Source: Longimicrobiales bacterium (GTDB lineage: Bacteria; Gemmatimonadota; Gemmatimonadetes; Longimicrobiales; Gaopeijiaceae). Taken from it: a DNA stretch of 64,000 bases. Made by a program: the position numbers and the translations under genes. Position 1 is the first letter of the stretch. Every line of letters starts with the position of its first letter. Of this stretch, positions 1-9,368 are shown piece after piece. Under the pieces are notes generated by a model. That model searched no databases, was not told where the DNA came from, and saw only the letters and a program-made list of their open reading frames with translations. The stretch covers positions 2,592,001-2,656,000 of the forward strand of contig CBDFIQ010000002.1 of NCBI GenBank assembly GCA_965248195.1, read 5' to 3'.

Positions 1-8
1 TCGGCGCC

Positions 9-221
9 GTGATGACGCGGGAGTTGATCACGGCCAGGCCACAGGATCAGCTCACCAAGATGATGGACGTGATGACCCAGAATAAGATCCGTCACCTTCC
101 GATTATGGAAGGAGATCGACTCATCGGGATCATCTCCATCGGCGACCTCGTGAATGCGTGCCGGGTCTTGGCGGAGGAGGAGAATTCCCAACTTCGGCAG
201 TACATCCACGGAGCTGGCTGA
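9..221 (+). CDS. CBS domain protein (C-terminal part; probably starts before the window)
   Basis: MT..LIT...M....IRHLPI.EG.RLIGIISIGDLV is a typical CBS repeat. Confidence 0.85.
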   Translation: MMTRELITARPQDQLTKMMDVMTQNKIRHLPIMEGDRLIGIISIGDLVNACRVLAEEENSQLRQYIHGAG

Positions 222-254
222 TGCGAAAAATGTCGGCTGGACGGAGGTAACGAA

Positions 255-1112
255 ATACGTGCGCTCGTGCTGTTCTTGTTCCTGCTGGCAGGCTGTGCGA
301 CAGCTACGCGGGCTCCGGGCACGCGCGAGGATTTGAACTGTGCATGGCGGGTGTGCATCACGTCCATAAACACACCCTCGGGTAGAGCTTATCGGGGTGT
401 GAATGAGGAACCCGTACCAGCCACGGTCGTGCTGACCTTCCGGTCCCCGGGAAACCTACGCCCCAGGGCTAATCTTCCCATCGAGCGAGTGCTTCCCCCG
501 GAATCGAGCAGGATCCTGGTTCGCCTGCGCTCGATCGTTCAAAATGAGTCGGTCCGCCCCAGGGTTACGATTGCGATCGACCTCGGCTCGAGCACCACTG
601 AGCCGGACGCCGATCACCTTTACGCGGTACCGTTCGGCGGCGACGCTCGGCGTGAGCTGACTCAAGGCTTCGACGGAGCCGATTCGCACTTGGCCAGCAT
701 GCGCTACTCCCTGGACTTCACGATGCCGGAGGGTACGCCGGTCCTTGCGGCCCGAGCGGGAACCGTGCTCTACCTGCAAGACGGCTTTACGGAAGGCCGG
801 GCGGACCCGGACCTTCTAGAACAGGCCAACCTCGTGGTGGTGGCCCATAGCGACGGTACCATGGCCTCGTATGGTCACCTCACGTCCGGAATTCCAGTGT
901 CGCTCGGCGACATCGTTGACGAAGGGGATGTGCTGGGCTCGAGCGGCGCAACCGGCTTCGCAGGCCAACCGCATCTCCATTTTCACGTGGGTCTACGGAT
1001 GCTGGGCACCCCGGGACGTACCATTCCGATCAAGCTGAGAGGCCGGGAAGGGGGCATCCTCGATCTCGCCGTTGGATCCTTGATCGAACCTGCTCGGCGG
1101 ATGGCGCGATAG
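255..1112 (+). CDS. M23 family metallopeptidase lipoprotein (track start GTG 267; ATA 255 fits the SD better)
   Basis: HxxxxxxxxD (HLASMRYSLDF), YGHL and PHLHF motifs; lipobox LAGC; SD GGAGGT at 243-248. Confidence 0.85.
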   Translation: MRALVLFLFLLAGCATATRAPGTREDLNCAWRVCITSINTPSGRAYRGVNEEPVPATVVLTFRSPGNLRPRANLPIERVLPPESSRILVRLRSIVQNESVRPRVTIAIDLGSSTTEPDADHLYAVPFGGDARRELTQGFDGADSHLASMRYSLDFTMPEGTPVLAARAGTVLYLQDGFTEGRADPDLLEQANLVVVAHSDGTMASYGHLTSGIPVSLGDIVDEGDVLGSSGATGFAGQPHLHFHVGLRMLGTPGRTIPIKLRGREGGILDLAVGSLIEPARRMAR

Positions 1113-1154
1113 AATGGGCGCGCGCCCGGTCACACGCCATGAGGAGGACTCTGC

Positions 1155-1622
1155 ATGAGTGCCCTGGACGAACTAGCCGAGTGTTCGGGCAGGTGGAGGG
1201 GGACCAGTCGCCTTAGAGATCCAAGCATGGATGTCCTGGACGACTCCCCATCCACCGCCGAGTTGACTCCGGTCCTAGACGGTAGGTTCATTCGCTTGGA
1301 TTACACGTGGGCCTATCAGGGCGCTGCGCAGGAAGGGTCACTACTCGTTGGATACGAATCGGGGCCGGCGGTGGTCACGGCTCATTGGGTCGATACCTGG
1401 CATATGGGTGAGGCGGTGATGTCATGCCACGGTATCGCGGAGAACGACGGCTCCATCACGGTCCGTGGGACCTATTCCGCGCCTCCCGGCCCGGATTGGG
1501 GCTGGCGAATCGTTCTACAGCCCCGCGATGGTACGGCCCTTCGCCTCGTCATGTACAACATCAGCCCCGACGACGACGAGGAGTTGGCTGTCGAGGCCGA
1601 CTACACGCGAACAGAAGGCTGA
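1155..1622 (+). CDS. DUF1579-family protein
   Basis: G.W.G start, LDGRFI..DY, WVDTWHMG, GPDWGWRI motifs; SD GAGGAGG. Confidence 0.7.
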   Translation: MSALDELAECSGRWRGTSRLRDPSMDVLDDSPSTAELTPVLDGRFIRLDYTWAYQGAAQEGSLLVGYESGPAVVTAHWVDTWHMGEAVMSCHGIAENDGSITVRGTYSAPPGPDWGWRIVLQPRDGTALRLVMYNISPDDDEELAVEADYTRTEG

Positions 1623-1650
1623 ATCGACCAGGCCCTGCCCTACCCCGCCC

Positions 1651-1971
1651 CTACCCGAGCTTCACGGCCGTCCCTGCGGTCGTGACCATCAGCATACTGC
1701 CGGACCTGCCGAGCACTTCGTAGTCGAGGTCGACGCCGACCACGGCGTCCGCGCCCAGGCTCTCAGCGTGGTGAGCCATCTCACGGAGGGCATCCTGGCG
1801 CGCGGTACGGAGCGCCTTCTCATAGGCACCGGCACGTCCCCCCACGACGTCGCGCACGGCCGCCAGGATGTCCTTCAGGATATTCGCCCCGATGATGGCC
1901 TCACCGGTCACGATGCCCATGTAATCTAGAATGGGCTTACCCTCGATCGAGGGGGTGGTGGTCAAGAACAT
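1651..1971 (-). CDS. ybjQ: YbjQ/UPF0145 family putative heavy-metal-binding protein
   Basis: [36 protein letters not shown] motifs; 106 aa. Confidence 0.9.
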   Translation of the reverse strand: MFLTTTPSIEGKPILDYMGIVTGEAIIGANILKDILAAVRDVVGGRAGAYEKALRTARQDALREMAHHAESLGADAVVGVDLDYEVLGRSGSMLMVTTAGTAVKLG

Positions 1972-2211
1972 CTCGCCTCCCTTTTATGGGGTTCGTTGCG
2001 TGCACTTCGACAGGATTCCGGTGACCGGCGCCGCCGTCACCAGGGTTACGGAGGTGGGTAGAATCGTCTTCCGCGAGAGGGCCTCCACGGGACGGGAGCG
2101 CCGTTCCTAAAGGGTATAATTTTGATCGTCTCGAGACCGGCCGGTTGTAACATAGAATAGGGGCGACAGCGGAGGGCGGGTCCCCTCGCGCTCCTTCGCG
2201 CTCACAAGCGG

Positions 2212-2811
2212 TTGGATGATTTTCACTCAAGGGCAGGACGGTGGCTGGTGAAGAACAAGCTCGGTGTGGCCCTTTTGGCACTCGCCATCGTGGTGGCGTG
2301 GCGTATTCCCGCGCGTGAGGAAGCGCCGATAAGCGCGGGTACGTACTTGGTGTATGACAACGCCGGGACGCGGATGCGACTGACGTTTTCACCAGCAGAC
2401 GGCGACCGATTCGACACCAACGTCTCCTACTTGAACGACGACGGGACGCACCCATCGGCCCCAGCAAGGTCTACCCCAAGCATCGTCGTCGATTCGCGCA
2501 TGCGAACCGCCAACGGTGTGGTCTTCGAATTGGGCTCTCTGGGACCGCTGTGGGTGCCACCGAGCGAAGTACGCGAGGGCGGTAGCGCACACGGTACGCG
2601 AGTGACCGGGGTTCGAAGGTGGGGAAACTGGGAGGTCGGCGTGGTGACGGCCAGCGCCGGGCTCGGCGGAGCCCTTCGTGGCGAGTGGTACTACGACACG
2701 CGGACAGGCTTCCTGGTCGGAGGTACGAAGAGCACGGCGCTATCGCTCCCCGGCGAAGTGCGGGTGTTCACTCTAACCGACAGCAACCTCCCCGACCTCG
2801 GTATCCGCTAG
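2212..2811 (+). CDS. hypothetical protein with N-terminal membrane anchor
   Basis: 199-aa ORF with hydrophobic N-terminal segment; start uncertain. Confidence 0.55.
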   Translation: MDDFHSRAGRWLVKNKLGVALLALAIVVAWRIPAREEAPISAGTYLVYDNAGTRMRLTFSPADGDRFDTNVSYLNDDGTHPSAPARSTPSIVVDSRMRTANGVVFELGSLGPLWVPPSEVREGGSAHGTRVTGVRRWGNWEVGVVTASAGLGGALRGEWYYDTRTGFLVGGTKSTALSLPGEVRVFTLTDSNLPDLGIR

Positions 2812-3149
2812 GGCCGATGCTTGGGGGGGGACCTTAGGACTACGGCCTATCGTTACTGGACGATAAAGGGCTCAACCGACTGGCGGACTTCTACCTGCAT
2901 CCTGGACCCGAACAGACCTCCGGCGATGTCCACCTGGTTGAAGCGGAAGACGCGGATCCATTGTTCTTCCCTGGCCGGGTTCGACGCGGCCGGAATGATC
3001 ACGGCACCCGTGTCCGGCAGCAGCACAGGCCCGTAGTCCTGCGTCTCTACCTCAGCGCTCCTGGCCTGGGAGGGCACGCTCCAGAGCACTGTCAGGGGCT
3101 CGTCCGCCGAGACCGTCGAGTTCACTGTAGGCTCGGTAATGGTATGGAC

Positions 3150-4525
3150 GGTAGTGTCCCTAGATTTGTGTAAAAGCGGATAAGCTGGACAGGAGGGAAA
3201 GAAAAACGGAAGCTCCTCTGTTGTTGTTCACTGTCACATGAACCCGGGAGTCCGGGTCTGCAGAGCAGGCTCGGAACCGGAGAGGAGCTTCCGATGCAAG
3301 AGATTGTGGAGATCGGTCGGGCCACGCAAGACGAGCTACGCGATGATTTGCGCGAGCTGTTTCAAGGCGCGATCCGGCTGACGCTCGAGATGGTGCTGGA
3401 AGAGGAGCTGAAGGCCATGGTAGGTGCACGCCGCTTCGAGCGGGTGGGAAGCCGGAAGGACCATAGGAACGGCACATACCTGAGGCGGCTGCTGACGAGC
3501 CTGGGGCAGATCGAGGTCGCCATGCCCCGGAGCCGGGACAACGGTTCGCCGGCCGACGTGATCGGCCGCTACCAGCGCAGGAGCCCCGAGCTCGACGAGA
3601 TGATGGTCGAGGCGTATGTGAGCGGCGTGTCACAGCGCAAGATGGGCGACGTCACCGAGGCGCTGATGGGCGAGCGTGTTGGGCGCTCGACGGTGAGTCG
3701 TGTGGCAAAACGGCTCGACGAGGCCGTGGAAGGGCTGCGCCGTGCGCCGATCGAGGGGCCTCACCCCTATCTGTACCTGGACGCCACGTTCTTGGACGCC
3801 CGCTGGGCCCGCAAAGTCGAGAACGTGAGTGCGCTCGTGGCGTATGCAGTGGGCCCTGAGGGTCACCGACGGCTCCTGGCCGTCACGCTGGGCGCTGAGG
3901 AGTCGCAGCAGAGCTGGTCGGAGCTCCTCGAGCAACTCCAGGACCGCGGCCTCGGCGGTGTCGAGCTCGTGATCGCCGATGAGCACGCAGGCCTGGCAGC
4001 TGCGGTCCGCCGCTTCCTGCCCGAGGCACGCCGTCAGAGGTGTACGGTCCATCTGCAGCGTAATGTGGGGGCGAGGGTCCCCCACCGCCTACGCAAGCGC
4101 GTGGCGCGTGAGGTCTCGGTGATCTTCCAGACATCCGGACTCGCCGAGGCGAAGAAGCTCCTGGGCGAGTTCGGCGCACGCTGGAAGAAGGAGCTGCCCG
4201 AGGCCGTGGAGGTCCTGGAGCGGGGCTTCGGGGCAGCGACGCAGTTCTACGCGTTCCCCGAGGCGCACTGGCCCCGGCTGCGTACCACCAACAGCCTCGA
4301 GCGGCTGCACGGCGAGATCAAACGCAGGATCAAGGCCGCCGGCGCCTTCCCGGACCGGGCCAGCGCCCTCAGGCTCATCACGGCCGTCGCACTCAGGACC
4401 ACACACGTCTGGGGCGACCGGCGTTACCTCGACCTCTCACTCCTCCAGAAACAGGAGGTCGCCCAAGCAGCCTAGCCGAAGGCGAGGAGCTTCCTCCGCT
4501 TTTACACACAAATCGGGACTTGACC
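3150..4525 (+). mobile_element. IS256-family element A, copy 1 (1376 bp)
   Basis: Imperfect IRs GGTAGTGTCCCTAGATTTGTGTAAAAGCGGA / GGTCAAGTCCCGATTTGTGTGTAAAAGCGGA; 8-bp TSD GTATGGAC at 3142-3149 and 4526-4533. Confidence 0.95.
3294..4475 (+). CDS. IS256-family (Mutator-like) DDE transposase
   Basis: RNG..R.L.T..G, YLYLDA, IADEH.GL, QRCTVH..RN, RTTNSLERLHGEIKRR motifs. Confidence 0.95.
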   Translation: MQEIVEIGRATQDELRDDLRELFQGAIRLTLEMVLEEELKAMVGARRFERVGSRKDHRNGTYLRRLLTSLGQIEVAMPRSRDNGSPADVIGRYQRRSPELDEMMVEAYVSGVSQRKMGDVTEALMGERVGRSTVSRVAKRLDEAVEGLRRAPIEGPHPYLYLDATFLDARWARKVENVSALVAYAVGPEGHRRLLAVTLGAEESQQSWSELLEQLQDRGLGGVELVIADEHAGLAAAVRRFLPEARRQRCTVHLQRNVGARVPHRLRKRVAREVSVIFQTSGLAEAKKLLGEFGARWKKELPEAVEVLERGFGAATQFYAFPEAHWPRLRTTNSLERLHGEIKRRIKAAGAFPDRASALRLITAVALRTTHVWGDRRYLDLSLLQKQEVAQAA

Positions 4526-4985
4526 GTATGGACCCCCGGTCCACCCAGCACGACACCCGCCACTACATCCGTACCACTCACGACGCTGAGCTCGTAGTCG
4601 CCCTCATGGAACGCATTACGTTCGGCTTCGTAATCGCCTTCGCCACCATCTTGGAGGAGCGTCACTACTCCGAAACCGGCGTTGCTAATCGTGACGATAG
4701 CTCCGGATACATCCTCGCCGAATCCATCCCGTACACGAACCCTGAACTCCGTGATGAAACCGCCATCCACGTCGAAGGCATCGACATCCGCCCGGATCTC
4801 CAACGTTCCGGTCCCGGTTCCGGCGTCATTCCGCTCGATCGCAGGGTCGGTCAGGCTGTCGCCACAGGCTGCGAAAAGGATCGCGACGCTTATTCCCACG
4901 AGGGCAATCATCTTGACTTTCATGTTTCCAACTCTCCCTTACATCTGTCTTGAAACCACGTCTTATGACAAGCCCTCCTAATGGC

Positions 4986-5001
4986 TGCAACAATCGAGCC
5001 A
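4986..5001 (-). promoter_or_regulatory. sigma54 (-24/-12) promoter for the lipoprotein gene starting at 4923
   Basis: Minus strand TGGCTCGATTGTTGCA matches TGGCACG-N4-TTGCA, with GG-N10-GC spacing, about 60 nt upstream of the ATG. Confidence 0.7.
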
Positions 5002-5116
5002 AGGCATCGTGGGGGCTCCCCTTGCCCGCTTCGTTTCTCACCCCCTCGTGTCGAACTATGCGGGTTGGCGGGTATGGGCGGGGCCGGTCCGGGGTTCCCG
5101 CTGGCGTTGGGCGGAA

Positions 5117-6709
5117 CTAGTGGAGCTCCGCCGATGTGAGCCGCTCCCCAAGCTCTGCGGCTTTAAGTCGCTCCCGAAACAGCTCCTCCGCTTGCGTATC
5201 CGCTGCTCCCTCACGCGACGATCGCGTCAGGAGCGAGACGGCCGGGACGGTGATCAGAGGGATGACGGTCGTGACGTACGATGGATCGAGACCGACCCCG
5301 TCCCTGGTCAGGAGGAAAACCCAGATTTCACGCAGAGGAGTGGATCCCGGAGGTGCCTGGAGATCGATCCAGAGGGCCCACTTGATCAGGAGGAACCACA
5401 AGCCGCCACCCACGTACCCGAGGAGCATGCCCCAAAACGCCCCCTTCTCGGTCGTGGGACGCCAATAGAGGGTAAACGCGACAGAAATCGCCGGCGGAAC
5501 GACCATGGCGAAGCCGAAAAGGAGCAAGTCCAGGATCGACATGTCGGTTTGCGTCGCGAGCCACCATGCTACCAGGGCGGCGAGCACCGCATAACATACC
5601 GTCACCACACGATACGTCCTGAGCCGTCGCTCCGATGAATACGTGGCGCTGGACGGCATCCAGTCGCGCACGAGCATGGTGGCGCTCGCGAGTAGGATAG
5701 GCCCCCCGGAAGAGATCACAGCCGCCAGCACGGCGGCGATCGCGACGCCACCCATGACGGGACTGATCTCCGAGGCGATCCTCGTGATGTTGTCGTACCC
5801 GGCCAGCCCCGCGTCCAGCCCATAACGGGCGACCGCCAGGATGCCGATTACGCCTGCGAAGACGGGCATGAGCGCCGCAATCATCCCGCCCACGATGAAC
5901 GCGGGAGCGAGGCTCCGCTCGCTTCGCGTAGCCGTCGAATAGTTCGCGTAAATGGATGCGGCCGGCGAGTGGATCGCTGCGGAAAAAAGCATGCCGAAGA
6001 CGGGCAGCCATCCTGCCCCGGCAAACCCCCACCACGCCGCCTGGGAGTGCGTCGGCGAAGAGGCGAGCCTGGCGTTCACCTGAAGTGTCACCGAGTCCCA
6101 TCCGCCCATTTCTCGGATGCCCAAGACGCCAACCGCGAGTAGCGAGACCAGGATCACCACGGTGTGGATGACGTTGGTCACGGCCGTCCCCCAGATCCCA
6201 CCGAGGGACACGTAGGTGGAAAAGACCGCGGCGGCGATGAGCACGCCTTGGAACATGGTGAGCGGTGTAAGCGAACTGAGGATCACCCCAATCACGTACG
6301 CTTCGATCACGTTGATGATCACGTTCTCGGTCTGGACGCAGAAGCTCGTGAGCCACTGGCACCGCCGGGACCCGAAGCGGACGGCGAAGAGCTCCGCCAC
6401 CGTCTGGAGCCTCAGCCTCCGGTAATAAACGGCGAAGAACACCCCCACGAACGCCATGGCGGCAAAGCTGCTGATACCGTACCACCACATGTTCCAGATG
6501 CCACCATTGATCACGGCACCCGCGACTCCGTACGTGCCCGCGCCCCCGATGCGAGTCCCCGCCAGAGCGAAGGCCACGAGAGCGCCCGACATGCCACCCC
6601 CCGCGACGGCCCATTCCACGGAGCCCGTGGTTCTCCGGACCATGAGGGCCCCCACGGCCGTCACCCCGCCGAGGTAGAGCACGATGGTGGTGATCGCGAT
6701 GTAATCCAA
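5117..6709 (-). CDS. sodium:solute symporter (SSS) family transporter
   Basis: About 13 hydrophobic helices; Y..LGG.....T..IH and A.LAAVISS motifs. Confidence 0.85.
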   Translation of the reverse strand: MDYIAITTIVLYLGGVTAVGALMVRRTTGSVEWAVAGGGMSGALVAFALAGTRIGGAGTYGVAGAVINGGIWNMWWYGISSFAAMAFVGVFFAVYYRRLRLQTVAELFAVRFGSRRCQWLTSFCVQTENVIINVIEAYVIGVILSSLTPLTMFQGVLIAAAVFSTYVSLGGIWGTAVTNVIHTVVILVSLLAVGVLGIREMGGWDSVTLQVNARLASSPTHSQAAWWGFAGAGWLPVFGMLFSAAIHSPAASIYANYSTATRSERSLAPAFIVGGMIAALMPVFAGVIGILAVARYGLDAGLAGYDNITRIASEISPVMGGVAIAAVLAAVISSGGPILLASATMLVRDWMPSSATYSSERRLRTYRVVTVCYAVLAALVAWWLATQTDMSILDLLLFGFAMVVPPAISVAFTLYWRPTTEKGAFWGMLLGYVGGGLWFLLIKWALWIDLQAPPGSTPLREIWVFLLTRDGVGLDPSYVTTVIPLITVPAVSLLTRSSREGAADTQAEELFRERLKAAELGERLTSAELH

Positions 6710-6847
6710 TAGAGGTCCTTATGGCGGGGGCAGAAGGCGTAGTTGGATAACACCCCCTTGGAGAAGCGGCAACCAGGGCGTTACAGCGCCGCCGTCGAAC
6801 AGTACATTCTCTGCCCACTTCCCCACGGGTGTCATCGGAGGATTCCC

Positions 6848-9325
6848 ATGAAACCAATTCTTAACGCCGCGCTGACCACCTTGTTGGTCGCGGGGTCAGC
6901 GGCCTGTAGCTCCGCTCGAGCCGAAATCGCCAGCCAACCCCCGCAGCAGGCGCGCTCCGAGTCGGAGGACCAGGATCCAAACGGCGAATCGGGCATCAAA
7001 CCGTACGACGAGGTCATCACCACTGAAGCCGAGTCCGACCTAGGCGTCTTCACCGTTCATTGGGTGGACGACAAGCTCTACTACGAGATCCCGAACGAGA
7101 TGCTCGATCGCGAGATGTTGTTGGTTTCCCGAATCGTGCGAACGGCGACGGACATTGGCTACGGAGGCCAGAAAGCCAATACACAGTCCGTGCGGTGGCA
7201 ACGCCGAGAGAAGCAATTGTTCCTCCGCACGGTTTCGTACGTCAACGTAGCCAACTCGACTGCGCCGATCGCCGCCGCGGTCCAGGACGCCAACTTCGAG
7301 CCCATCATCAGGGCTTTCGACATCGAAGCGTTCAATCCGGACAGCACGGCCGTCGTGATCGAAGTCACGGATCTGTATTCGGAGGACGTCCCCGTCCTCG
7401 GGCTTCAGGCCGGCCGACGCACGCAGTACGAAGTTCGGCGCCTCGACGGAAGTCGCTCATTTATCGAGTCGGCCAAGAGTTTTCCGCAGAATATCGAAGT
7501 CAGAGCGGTACTCACGTACGAGGCCTCCGAGGTACCCTCAAATAGCTCGACGGGCACGATCACACTGGAAATGGCCCACTCCATGATCCTCCTCCCGGCC
7601 GATCCGATGCAGCCCCGCCTATGGGATGATCGGGTCGGTTTCTTCAGCCTTACCCAAAATGATTACGGATTGGACGAGCACCGTGCCGGCGAGCGCCGTT
7701 ACATCACACGCTGGCGGCTCGAACCGAGTGATCCCGTCGCTTGGGCACGTGGCGAACTCGTGGACCCGGTAAAACCGATCGTCTACTACATCGATCCCGC
7801 AACACCCGAGCAGTGGCGTCCGTACCTGAAGCTGGGCATTGAGGACTGGCAAGTCGCGTTCGAAGGCGCAGGCTTTCGACGCGCCATCATCGCTCGTGAT
7901 CCGCCTTCACCCGAGGAGGATCCCGAGTTTTCGCCGGAGGACATCAGGTACTCGGTCATCCGATACTATCCCTCTGATATCCAAAACGCTTCGGGACCGC
8001 ACGTGCACGATCCCCGCACGGGAGAGATCCTGGAGAGCGACATCAACTGGTACCACAACATCATGAACCTCGTGCGGAACTGGTACTTCGTTCAGACGGC
8101 GGCGGCGAACCCGGAGGCGCGACGGACGCGGTTCGATGATGAGGTCATGGGGAGGCTGATCCGCAACGTAGCCGCGCATGAAGTCGGACATACCCTCGGG
8201 CTTCAACACAGCATGCAATCGAGTGCGGCGTACCCGGCCGACTCACTACGCTCACGGACGTTCACCTGCAGCACAGGAACGTCCGCATCCATCATGGACT
8301 ACGCCCGTTTCAACTACATCGCCCAGCCGGGGGACGACGTCTGCTTCATTCCACAAGTCGGCCCCTACGACAAATGGGCGATCGAATGGGGCTACAGACC
8401 GATCCCCGAGGCCACCAGCGCGGAGGCCGAGCGGGGCGCGCTCAACGAGTGGGTCCTAGGCCATAGTGATCCGGTATACCGATACGGGGCGGACCGGCCG
8501 TACGACCCCTCATCACGGCGGGAGGCGTTGAGCAACGAGCCCGTCAAAGCCAGTGAATACGGCATCGCCAATCTCGAACTCATCATGAGCAACCTGGTCG
8601 ACTGGACCAGAGACGATGGCAGAGATTACAGCCAGTTGGACGAGCTCTACGGCCAAGTGCTCAGCCAGTGGAATCGGTATATGCAACACGTCGCCACCGT
8701 CATCGGCGGCGTGGTTCGGACGTCCAAAACAGCCGGCCAGGCAGGCCCCGTCTACGAGAGTGTCCCGGCGGCCGAGCAACGAGACGCCATGAGATTTTTC
8801 AGCAAACACGCGCTGGCCACGCCCACCTGGATGATCGACGAAGATATCCTTGGCCGAATCGAGCCCGCCGGTATCGTCGAGCGTGTGCGGCAGAGGCAGA
8901 TCGGGGTCGTCGACAACATTCTGAACCCCGCCCGGATGCAGCGCCTCATTGAAAGTGGCGCTCGGGGAGGCGGGGATGTCTATACGCTGGGCGAGATGAT
9001 GGGGGACCTCCGGGAGGCTGTCTGGTCCGAGCTGGGGAGCGGCGGGAACGTCGATGCCTACCGACGGAACCTACAGCGAGGATATCTCGAGCGGATGGAT
9101 TGGCTGATGACGAACGACCCCGAACCACCGACGGGTGGGTTCGAGCCCGCCAATACACGGGTCGACGTGAGCCTATCGGACATCCGCCCCTTCGTGCGCG
9201 GGGAGCTCGAGGCGGTCAAGACGGACATCGAGGCGGCTTTGAGCCTAAGCTTGGATCAAGCCACGACCTACCACCTTCGGGACGCCGTGGTCAGGATCGA
9301 CGACATCCTCGAGCCGCGAGACTGA
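6848..9325 (+). CDS. zinc-dependent metalloprotease lipoprotein (DUF5118/DUF5117/EcxA-type metzincin)
   Basis: HEVGHTLGLQH zinc motif, SIMDY Met-turn, lipobox SAAC; SD GGAGGA before ATG 6848. Confidence 0.9.
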   Translation: MKPILNAALTTLLVAGSAACSSARAEIASQPPQQARSESEDQDPNGESGIKPYDEVITTEAESDLGVFTVHWVDDKLYYEIPNEMLDREMLLVSRIVRTATDIGYGGQKANTQSVRWQRREKQLFLRTVSYVNVANSTAPIAAAVQDANFEPIIRAFDIEAFNPDSTAVVIEVTDLYSEDVPVLGLQAGRRTQYEVRRLDGSRSFIESAKSFPQNIEVRAVLTYEASEVPSNSSTGTITLEMAHSMILLPADPMQPRLWDDRVGFFSLTQNDYGLDEHRAGERRYITRWRLEPSDPVAWARGELVDPVKPIVYYIDPATPEQWRPYLKLGIEDWQVAFEGAGFRRAIIARDPPSPEEDPEFSPEDIRYSVIRYYPSDIQNASGPHVHDPRTGEILESDINWYHNIMNLVRNWYFVQTAAANPEARRTRFDDEVMGRLIRNVAAHEVGHTLGLQHSMQSSAAYPADSLRSRTFTCSTGTSASIMDYARFNYIAQPGDDVCFIPQVGPYDKWAIEWGYRPIPEATSAEAERGALNEWVLGHSDPVYRYGADRPYDPSSRREALSNEPVKASEYGIANLELIMSNLVDWTRDDGRDYSQLDELYGQVLSQWNRYMQHVATVIGGVVRTSKTAGQAGPVYESVPAAEQRDAMRFFSKHALATPTWMIDEDILGRIEPAGIVERVRQRQIGVVDNILNPARMQRLIESGARGGGDVYTLGEMMGDLREAVWSELGSGGNVDAYRRNLQRGYLERMDWLMTNDPEPPTGGFEPANTRVDVSLSDIRPFVRGELEAVKTDIEAALSLSLDQATTYHLRDAVVRIDDILEPRD

Positions 9326-9327
9326 GT

Positions 9328-9368
9328 GACGTTGAACCGCACATGCTCAGACGTTGAACCGCACGTGC
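9328..9368. repeat. 19-bp direct duplication of the ychF 3' end (period 22)
   Basis: GACGTTGAACCGCACATGC (9328-9346) and GACGTTGAACCGCACGTGC (9350-9368). Confidence 0.85.

Larger units (their letters stand above)
2853..4923 (-). pseudogene. lipoprotein gene (about 228 aa) split by IS256 insertion; segments 4923-4534 and 3149-2853
   Basis: Lipobox FAAC. Removing the IS plus one TSD copy rejoins ...GPGVHT|ITEPTVNSTVSADEP... in frame. Confidence 0.85.

Noticed and set aside
5328..6857. Long alternative-frame or antisense ORFs (also 23024-24226, 36175-37887, 41342-42382, and the N-terminal extensions of 17971-19716 and 26019-27698)
   Set aside because: They shadow well-supported genes, have Arg/Gly/Pro-rich or motif-less sequence, and are expected in high-GC DNA.
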